Shown piece after piece: positions 1-7,305 of a DNA stretch of 14,896 bases. The notes under the pieces are model-generated. The model had not been told where the DNA came from. It made no database searches and was given only the letters and a program-made list of their open reading frames with translations. Location of the stretch: the NCBI GenBank assembly GCA_020353515.1, contig CP070695.1, positions 2,115,575-2,130,470 on the forward strand. The letters run 5' to 3'. This stretch comes from Candidatus Heimdallarchaeota archaeon (GTDB lineage: Archaea; Asgardarchaeota; Heimdallarchaeia; Hodarchaeales; Hodarchaeaceae). Position numbers and translations under genes: made by a program. Positions within the stretch are counted from its first letter, which is position 1. Every line of letters starts with the position of its first letter.

Positions 1-1
1 T

Positions 2-3000
2 CATGGTAATACGACCATGGTTGTGAACGCCAGTTTACTCGCCGTTAATACCACGTGGTATGTCCTGTTAGACGCACCGAACTATCTTCTGGCATTCAAT
101 TTATCTAGGGGAGGTCAATATTTAGATTTTCCTTATGAGGCTAATGTAACAGATATTCTAGATTTAAACTTCCAAGTTCCAGAAACAGGGGGTAATTCTA
201 GTTATTGGATCGAGTATTTCACCTTACCAATTAATAGTAGTATTAATTTTAACTCTTTAGTGCTTTCATTTACTGAAACATGGGATATTAATAAGACAGT
301 TTCCCAAATTACAAATGTAAATGGTACTTACGATTTACAAGCGTTTTGGAAAAGTAGTGATAAGACCAAAGTTGGAACACTGACACGAAAATTGGATGTC
401 TTTATCAATACAACATTAACAATCAATTCCACTGATACTATTGAAGTCTTAATAGGAGAAAAAATTACTATCTGGGCGAATTATACCTCAAATCACAACT
501 CAACACTGAGTGATTTATCACATATTAATTATGCAAAGATTTGGTGTAATGCAAGTTGGCCTGACGGCACTAGACAGAATACAACTATGAATCAACCGAC
601 TGGAACATATTATAACTCCTCATTTACATCAGATATGGAAACTCCAGGTACTTCAGGGACAATTACAATTTCTACACAGTTAAGTTGGTTCGTTAACTGG
701 ACAAGGACGGTAACTGTTCTATTTGTTCAAAATACTACATTTTCTGTAGATGTAAAAGATCTCACTTTACAATGGCGAGAGAATGCTACAATAAAATTTG
801 ATTACAATGAAACAGGAGGAAACAGGATACCTGTAGCCACTGTCACCATTGTGGATACTAATGAAATTTTTACTTACTCTACTGGAAAGGATTTATTTCA
901 GTTAAATTCGACATCATTTCCAGGGGTTGATACATATGCAAATGTGATAATAAGGGCAAATAGCTCTGGATACCTTACACGTGAATGGTACTTTAATCTC
1001 ACGATTGCCCCAGGTCGTACCAATATAACAGGAAAGATAGGTAGTAATCAAGTTTTGAATGACAGCACTATAATTACTAAGAAGTTTTCGAATAGCTCGT
1101 ATGATACTGTTACTCTTAACTTACACTACTACCACAACCTCACGGGAGACCCTTTGGATATTGACATGCCAATACTAGATTCATCTATCCCTGTCACAAA
1201 TATACAAAAAGAATCGAATCTTTCGTGGAGTATTACTCTCAATCCAAACGAAACTGGTGTTTTTCTAATTAATTTCACATTTTTCTTGAATAATTATAGG
1301 AGTAGTATATTTGTCTTTCATCTAAGTGTCGTTAAAGCAGGAACTATAATTGAACATATACCTTTGGAAAACATTCAAGTCTATTATACTGAGTATTATG
1401 ACTTCTTCTTATTGTACAAGAACACAGAATATAATGAAAATGTAACTGGGTTAATAAAAGACTCTGGTATTACAATTAATAATTCCATGGTGGTTGATGT
1501 AAATCAAACAGATGAGGGGTATTGGTTCCGTTTCAATCCTTCTCCTTCAATGTTATCTTTAGGTCGATATTCGATCAATATCACCTTTTCCCATATTTAT
1601 CTCAATCCCAGCTCTATTGAAGTGACTTTTATCGTAGTAAATATGCCTACAAAACCTCTGAATATCACTAATTTCCGCTATAACCAATCTATTTTTGTTG
1701 AGGATGTCCTTTATATTGGTGGAGAAGGGTATCAAACCATCAGAGGACAGAATATTTCTAGCCTTGATACTCTTGTTCTAAGGATGAATGGTACCCTAGT
1801 AATGAAATCTTTGTACAACTATCAAGCAAGTGAAAATTGGTTTGATATCAACTTCACAACGACATCGTTTCATTATGGTAATTACTCCCTTACTTTGGAA
1901 ATAGGTAAGGTTGGTTTTCAAAATCAGACCATTAATTTCAATATAACATTGTTAGGCCGACAAATAATCCTTGAAGTTACCTTACCTGGAAAGAAGTTTG
2001 AACAAGGTGACCCCATTGAAATTACAGCTATCTTAACTTATGTACAGGAAATAGCTGGTGGTTTTGGCGCGGGATTATCACTTGCTCCCTTGGAGGCTGT
2101 CAATGTCTCTTTTTATGTCGTTCTGAAATATGAAAATGATACTAATCGGGTATTTGAAATCACAAATCAGACTAATGACCTGGGTCAAACATCATTCACA
2201 ATTGACGGTAAGTATACCCTTGGGGCTGTTAAATTCACCAATATTACCGTATGGAGTGGCCCCAGTTTATCAGGTTTACCCTCAAGTTATAGCATGTCAA
2301 GGGAAGAGCTCGAAGGATATCAAATCATAAAAATAATAGATCCACTCGAAATTATTGTCTCTGTGATCATAATAGGATCAATTCTGTTACTTTCTGTTGG
2401 AACCTTGACAGCGAGTAGTATTTTCCTAAATCGAAAACGAAAACAACGGAGTCAACTCATTCGGCGAAAACGACTGAAAATTGAACAAAGTTTTGAGGAT
2501 ATCAAATCTATCCGCTTATTAATCGCTCGTCATGAATCTGGACTACAATTTTATTCAGAAAAAACCATTGCAGAGTTAAAAACTGACACGGATGCACTGT
2601 CTGGAATGTCTGCAGCTTTGAGTACTTTTATGGAAGAGGTTTCAGACGGAATGCGATCACGTACTGAGGAGGAAAAAGAGAAGGAGAAAATTGAAGTTAT
2701 GAGTCGTGAAGGGCTGCATATGTTAATATGGCACGGTTCACGCTCGAGCTTCATAATCATTTCAGAAACAAGATTACCTGATTACTTCAAAGAACGTTTG
2801 GCAAAATTAGGTCGAGAAGTCGAATCCAAATATACTCATGATTTGGAAGACTTTTATAGGTCTGATCAGATACCTACTAATCAAATAAAGAAGATGATTC
2901 GCAAACATATTCCTCTGCACTATTTCTCAGCTTTTATCCTGAATGAGGGAGTGTTAACCCTAGAAAACATTAAATTGTCAAAGAAAGAAAAGAAAATGTT

Positions 3001-3184
3001 AAAGCTTATAAAAGAGATCCTTTTTCAGAAAGAGGGTGTACAGTTCTTTTTCAGTGAACAAATTATCTCACACTTGTCTAAGTACTACAACCGCAGTGAA
3101 GCAATCAAATTCTTAGACCGATCAATTGAAATTAACCTCTTAATCGAGGCCAGTCAAGAAGACATATTGAGTATCACGGAATAA
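2..3184 (+). CDS. Large single-pass membrane protein (5'-truncated): glycosylated beta-rich ectodomain, TM helix, cytoplasmic longin-like domain, possible winged-helix C-terminus
   Basis: The frame is open upstream of the ATG at 17 (H-G-N-T-T from position 2) and there is no signal peptide, so the true start probably lies outside the window. About 45 N-x-S/T sequons (manual count) occur before the TM helix IIVSVIIIGSILLLSVGTLTASSIFL (2351-2428), which is followed by the basic stretch NRKRKQRSQLIRRKRLK. The cytoplasmic part DIKSIRLLIARHESGLQFYS...DALSGMSAALSTFMEEV...LHMLIWHGSRSSFIIIS...FKERLAKLGREVESKY fits the beta-beta-alpha-beta-beta-beta-alpha longin pattern. Confidence 0.8.
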   Translation, partial: HGNTTMVVNASLLAVNTTWYVLLDAPNYLLAFNLSRGGQYLDFPYEANVTDILDLNFQVPETGGNSSYWIEYFTLPINSSINFNSLVLSFTETWDINKTVSQITNVNGTYDLQAFWKSSDKTKVGTLTRKLDVFINTTLTINSTDTIEVLIGEKITIWANYTSNHNSTLSDLSHINYAKIWCNASWPDGTRQNTTMNQPTGTYYNSSFTSDMETPGTSGTITISTQLSWFVNWTRTVTVLFVQNTTFSVDVKDLTLQWRENATIKFDYNETGGNRIPVATVTIVDTNEIFTYSTGKDLFQLNSTSFPGVDTYANVIIRANSSGYLTREWYFNLTIAPGRTNITGKIGSNQVLNDSTIITKKFSNSSYDTVTLNLHYYHNLTGDPLDIDMPILDSSIPVTNIQKESNLSWSITLNPNETGVFLINFTFFLNNYRSSIFVFHLSVVKAGTIIEHIPLENIQVYYTEYYDFFLLYKNTEYNENVTGLIKDSGITINNSMVVDVNQTDEGYWFRFNPSPSMLSLGRYSINITFSHIYLNPSSIEVTFIVVNMPTKPLNITNFRYNQSIFVEDVLYIGGEGYQTIRGQNISSLDTLVLRMNGTLVMKSLYNYQASENWFDINFTTTSFHYGNYSLTLEIGKVGFQNQTINFNITLLGRQIILEVTLPGKKFEQGDPIEITAILTYVQEIAGGFGAGLSLAPLEAVNVSFYVVLKYENDTNRVFEITNQTNDLGQTSFTIDGKYTLGAVKFTNITVWSGPSLSGLPSSYSMSREELEGYQIIKIIDPLEIIVSVIIIGSILLLSVGTLTASSIFLNRKRKQRSQLIRRKRLKIEQSFEDIKSIRLLIARHESGLQFYSEKTIAELKTDTDALSGMSAALSTFMEEVSDGMRSRTEEEKEKEKIEVMSREGLHMLIWHGSRSSFIIISETRLPDYFKERLAKLGREVESKYTHDLEDFYRSDQIPTNQIKKMIRKHIPLHYFSAFILNEGVLTLENIKLSKKEKKMLKLIKEILFQKEGVQFFFSEQIISHLSKYYNRSEAIKFLDRSIEINLLIEASQEDILSITE

Positions 3185-3202
3185 GGCACATTAAGGGATT
3201 TA

Positions 3203-4132
3203 ATGACAATGTCCAATAATTATTATCGCTTTTGGCTCTTGAACCATCAAGGATTATACATTTTTGATAAAAAACTGCATAAAAAAGTCATCTTAACAAA
3301 AGCTGAAGAAGATGCGTTGATTGCAGAGGTGTTTCAAGACCCAAAAGTAATATCAGAGGATGATACTACACTTTTTACTCGAGAATTACCCTCTTATTTC
3401 ACTAGGCTTCATTATCGAAAATATAAGAAAGACTTGTATATTCTTCTGACCGATGAATTGATTGATATTACAGAAGTTGATGCAAGGCTCCAACCTTGGA
3501 TCGAATTACGAAATCAACAAAGGGAACACCTTCAGGGTTTAACTCTTTCTATGTTTGATGATATTGAAGGACCTAAAGTAGTCTATAATAGTGGTACATT
3601 ACTATCAGAGAATGCTTTACTATTAGCAGTTCAAGGACAAACAATTTCTGCAATGGGACGAATGGTGGAATATACAAGTGGGTTTAAGGATCCCCTTAAC
3701 GTACCGAATCGTGAGGACTTGACCCACTTGAGCTACATCTTTTTACAACCAGCTCCTGACTCGAAAGATCCACGTATCGCAAAAATGGGAAGAATGACAA
3801 GCATCCATCTACTTTTCCTTTTAGGTTTTCATTTTGTCAATGAGACTCTTTTCCGGAGCTATCTGGAAGCTTTTCTTGACGAATGGGTCTATAATTGGAA
3901 CTCTCAGAGAGAAAATAGTCAGTCTTATCCAAAAGAAATTTTCGATGAATTGCTAGAAGATCTTCGATCCGCGATATCAACAGCAATTGATCTTACTACC
4001 CATGAAGAACGGGAAGAAGCGAAACTTAAGGAATATGTTATGGATTTATTGAGTCAAAACAAAGTTCTGAATTATCAAGTCCGAAGATTAAGAGAAAAAA
4101 TCAAAGAGCTAGAAAATCAGCTCTCCAATTAA
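3203..4132 (+). CDS. Longin-like + uDENN-like domain protein with C-terminal leucine zipper
   Basis: 309 aa ORF starting 18 nt after the upstream stop, with an AAGGGA SD-like motif at 3193-3198. The N-terminal YRFWLLNHQGLYIFDKK resembles the first hairpin of longins. The central LTLSMFDDIEGPKVVY resembles the F-x4-GP signature of uDENN longins. The C-terminus has Leu at every seventh residue five times. The start may be 3203 or 3209. Confidence 0.65.
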   Translation: MTMSNNYYRFWLLNHQGLYIFDKKLHKKVILTKAEEDALIAEVFQDPKVISEDDTTLFTRELPSYFTRLHYRKYKKDLYILLTDELIDITEVDARLQPWIELRNQQREHLQGLTLSMFDDIEGPKVVYNSGTLLSENALLLAVQGQTISAMGRMVEYTSGFKDPLNVPNREDLTHLSYIFLQPAPDSKDPRIAKMGRMTSIHLLFLLGFHFVNETLFRSYLEAFLDEWVYNWNSQRENSQSYPKEIFDELLEDLRSAISTAIDLTTHEEREEAKLKEYVMDLLSQNKVLNYQVRRLREKIKELENQLSN

Positions 4133-4263
4133 AGACAATACAAAATATTGAGAAAACATTGAAAATGAAATATATTCGAAGTATCGAAATCATTATTTTA
4201 TCAACTAGCTTAATATAATAAAAACGATAGAACATATTCATTGATTGTTAGGATGGTTATCTA

Positions 4264-5511
4264 ATGCGAGTTTTACATGTGCAAGGTAAAAATCTGAAAG
4301 AAATTAATGCTCCTTATGAATTTTTAAATGGCGATGTCTATGTCGTCGATAATAGTGATGTCAGTGTTGGATTGAAAAAGAAGGTCTATATCTGGCTTGG
4401 ATCCCAAGCTTTTGCAGATGACCGAGCGGTAGGCGCTTGGGCGGCTAAATGCTTGGATCTAGAGGATGAAGAAATTGACATTGATACTGAGGTTGAGGGC
4501 AATGAATCTGAAGAATTCAAAGGACTGCTGGATTTCGTGGTGGTCACAGGAGATACCCCTGGATTTTTAAAACATGTCGAAGTTAACAAGGAAGACATTT
4601 CCTACGCCCTCTACCGTGTTAGGGATATTGATCTTACTGATGGATCATCATCAGATGATATTGTGATTGAAAATATCCCCCTTACCCGAGAATCATTTGT
4701 CAGTGATGATGTTTTTGTCTTGGATGCCTATCACGACCTATACGTATGGGTTGGTTCTCAAGCCCAGGTTGGTGAGAAAGCTGCTGGCAATCGACTTGTG
4801 AGGAAATTTGATGTTGAACGGGAACGAAATCCTATGGTGTATACTATTAGTGAAGGGTATGAGCCAAAAGGCTTCTTTGAATTAGTGAATCAACTTGCTG
4901 ATTCTGGAGAAGTACGAACAGAGGATGCTGCTGATGTTGCTAAAGGAATCACTGGTAGTATTGCTGATCTATCGAGTGAGACTGCAGAGACAGGAATTGT
5001 TACACCTGTGACACCAAGGCCTGAACCAGGACATCCTCCCGTTACGCCTCCCCCTGAATTAGAACGCCCACTTATTTCAGAACCCATCCCCAGGCCTCCA
5101 ATCCCAGAACCAGAACCAGAATATACTCCCCCACCTCTGAAGACTCCGATTCCAACACCTCAACCAGAACCCAAACCTGTCGATCTAGGATTGGGCCCAA
5201 CAGGAGAACCCGCACCTAAAGCTAAAGCTGTGAAGCTATATTATATAGATGGAGAATTTGGAGAATTAGGTGGAAATGAGGACGCAGTTTTAGAAATCGA
5301 TGAAGGAACAAGAGTGGCAACCCTTTCTTTTGCAGAAGGAACAAGTCTTATTGCTCAACGGACAGCAGGACGACAAGCACGAGGAATCTGTAAAGCAGGT
5401 TTCCTTCTGAAAGCGGGATATCGAGTCGGGCAAAACTGTGATCTGAGAGAAGTTAAAGGTGAGCGAGGTATACACGACCGACTCTTACAAGAAGGACATA
5501 AATACAAATAA
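4264..5511 (+). CDS. Gelsolin-family actin regulator: two gelsolin domains, proline-rich linker, C-terminal divergent domain
   Basis: G1 motifs: NGDVYVVD...VYIWLGSQ...TEVEGNESEEF. The linker TGDTPGFLKHV resembles gelsolin GGVASGFKHV. G2 motifs: SDDVFVLDAYHDLYVWVGSQAQVGEKAAG...ISEGYEPKGF. Pro-rich segment at 5002-5178. Confidence 0.9.
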   Translation: MRVLHVQGKNLKEINAPYEFLNGDVYVVDNSDVSVGLKKKVYIWLGSQAFADDRAVGAWAAKCLDLEDEEIDIDTEVEGNESEEFKGLLDFVVVTGDTPGFLKHVEVNKEDISYALYRVRDIDLTDGSSSDDIVIENIPLTRESFVSDDVFVLDAYHDLYVWVGSQAQVGEKAAGNRLVRKFDVERERNPMVYTISEGYEPKGFFELVNQLADSGEVRTEDAADVAKGITGSIADLSSETAETGIVTPVTPRPEPGHPPVTPPPELERPLISEPIPRPPIPEPEPEYTPPPLKTPIPTPQPEPKPVDLGLGPTGEPAPKAKAVKLYYIDGEFGELGGNEDAVLEIDEGTRVATLSFAEGTSLIAQRTAGRQARGICKAGFLLKAGYRVGQNCDLREVKGERGIHDRLLQEGHKYK

Positions 5512-5524
5512 GATACCTTAAATC

Positions 5525-5552
5525 TTTTCCTTTTTTCCTTTTTTTGCGTTTT
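5525..5552 (+). terminator. Probable archaeal oligo-T terminator of the gelsolin gene
   Basis: TTTTCCTTTTTTCCTTTTTTTGCGTTTT begins 13 nt after the stop codon. Confidence 0.6.
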
Positions 5553-5642
5553 GAATGATTGGGAGGAGAATGAATGCACATTATCCCATTTTTTGCGTTG
5601 ACATTGACTGAAGTGTTGAATTCCAATTAAATCATCATCAGA

Positions 5643-5656
5643 GAAAATTTATGTAA
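5643..5656 (+). promoter_or_regulatory. Candidate BRE/TATA promoter of the MFS gene
   Basis: GAAAA followed by TTTATGTAA, about 55 nt upstream of the ATG; SD-like GAGGGT at 5699-5704. Confidence 0.4.
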
Positions 5657-5710
5657 TTGATGTCTATCTTACTTGTTCATCCCTTATCGGAATCTTAAGA
5701 GGGTAAAATT

Positions 5711-7138
5711 ATGTTGACATACAAAGAAAAGGTAAGTTATGGGATTGGGCGACTTGGATCTTCCATCACGATGGATATGGCAGATTTATTTACTGGATAT
5801 GTTTATTACGCCTTCTTTGGTCTAGAAGAAAACGCTTTTTTAGCATTTCTAGGTGTCGCTTTTGGTAAGATTGTTATTGCTTTTACTAGCTACTTTTCTG
5901 GATATATTTCTGATCGAACACAAACACGATGGGGGCGACGAAGACCCTTTGTTATTCTAGGAGCTCCTTTACTAGCAATTGCCTTTTTCTTTCTCTATTC
6001 TCCTCACATAATACTTCCCTTCCTAGGCTTCCAGTATGAAACAATGGTCATTTTCTCTTATTTAATTATCGTTAATTCGATCTATCAAGGAACTTATGGA
6101 TTATTATTAACACCTTTTCAATCCTGGATGCCAGAAATTACCACAGAGGATGAACGTCTAGAAATCAGTGGGTATCAAAACACTGTAAATCTCATTGCAT
6201 TTGTTATAGGAGCGGGTTTTGCTTTTCTATTACCTGGCTTACTTGGAGGTTCAGCTGAAGAATTAGACCTAGATAGAGCCAATGAAGTGTTTACTGGGTT
6301 AACAAATAAAGATGTGTTGACAACTATTCTTCCATTTATTATTGGAGTATTCGCCCTTCTTGTAATAATCTTTTTTATCCCCTCAATTATTGGAATTAAG
6401 GCAAAAGAGGTCTTTATCCCTCAACCAACTATTCGAGAAGAATTAAATGTTGTCTTTGACAATAAAAATTATATTTCTTGGACTCTTGCCAGAGGGTTTA
6501 TCTCAGTCGCATTAAGTATGATAATGGGGATCGTATTAACGTGGATTGACAAGGCCCTTTATTTTACTGGCGTTATAGAGTATCTATTATTTGGAGTAAC
6601 CCTACTTGGTGTAGTTTTTTCTGGATTCATATTTTGGGCGCGGTTTGGCAACAGACATGGAAAAACCAAGAGTTATATATATTCAGCAGTTTGGATGGCA
6701 GTCTGGATACCTTTTACTTTAATTGTAGGCCAAATTGAGATGATTTCACAAATCATTCCAATTCTTCTTCAAGCAATCATTTTTGTGATATTTGCTGGAA
6801 TAGGAGTCTCAGGTTTTTATCTGCTCCCTTACGCTATTGTAGCTGATATAGTTGAAGAGGATGAACGACGGACTGGAGAATCTCGAGCTGGGATGTATTA
6901 CGGATTTGAATCGATTCCTCTAAACTTTTTTCAAGTATTTGGGTTTTTAATCGTCGGATACTTGTTACAGGAGAATTTTCCTTTTAATATTCCAACCCTA
7001 CCTCTATTTACAGACTGGCAGGGTCATACTTACAGTCTTGGGTTAATTATTTGGGGACCCATTGCTGCAATTTTTATTTTAATTTCTGTTATTGTCTTCT
7101 GGAAATTCGTAAACGCCGACCCATTAAAAAAAAGTTGA
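5711..7138 (+). CDS. MFS transporter, GPH (glycoside-pentoside-hexuronide:cation symporter, MelB-like) family
   Basis: Multiple hydrophobic helices. Family motifs LTYKEKVSYGIG, GYISDRTQTRWGRRRPF and IVADIVEEDERRTGESRAGMYYG. Confidence 0.9.
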   Translation: MLTYKEKVSYGIGRLGSSITMDMADLFTGYVYYAFFGLEENAFLAFLGVAFGKIVIAFTSYFSGYISDRTQTRWGRRRPFVILGAPLLAIAFFFLYSPHIILPFLGFQYETMVIFSYLIIVNSIYQGTYGLLLTPFQSWMPEITTEDERLEISGYQNTVNLIAFVIGAGFAFLLPGLLGGSAEELDLDRANEVFTGLTNKDVLTTILPFIIGVFALLVIIFFIPSIIGIKAKEVFIPQPTIREELNVVFDNKNYISWTLARGFISVALSMIMGIVLTWIDKALYFTGVIEYLLFGVTLLGVVFSGFIFWARFGNRHGKTKSYIYSAVWMAVWIPFTLIVGQIEMISQIIPILLQAIIFVIFAGIGVSGFYLLPYAIVADIVEEDERRTGESRAGMYYGFESIPLNFFQVFGFLIVGYLLQENFPFNIPTLPLFTDWQGHTYSLGLIIWGPIAAIFILISVIVFWKFVNADPLKKS

Positions 7139-7305
7139 TGAATAGCAACACTTAGACTTTAGAAAGGAAGTATTTGTTTAAAGACAGTTTTTTTATCTTT
7201 CCACTTATTAGACTCCACATCTAACAGACTTAAAATTAAAAAACTTTAGGGCTTAAATAGATCCGAAAACTGAATTATTACCTCCTATAGGAGAAAGAAG
7301 CTCAT

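Noticed and set aside
2130-2760. Short ORFs 2130-2330 (+) and 2551-2760 (-)
   Set aside because: They lie entirely within the large membrane protein gene and have no recognisable motifs, so they are treated as shadow ORFs.
3990-4132. bZIP transcription factor interpretation of the 309 aa protein
   Set aside because: The zipper is present, but the preceding region is acidic and lacks the N-x7-R/K basic DNA-binding motif.
5104-5121. (CCAGAA)x3 tandem repeat
   Set aside because: It simply encodes PEPEPE in the Pro-rich linker, is in frame, and is too short to suggest a contingency locus.
4386-5579. Four antisense ORFs over the gelsolin gene
   Set aside because: They are antisense shadows of a well-supported CDS; their Ser/Gly-rich composition is explained by the sense codons.
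5540-5599. 11-bp direct repeat TTTTTTGCGTT at 5540-5550 and 5589-5599
   Set aside because: Only two low-complexity copies, too short for CRISPR and with no element between them; tandem terminator tracts or chance explain it.
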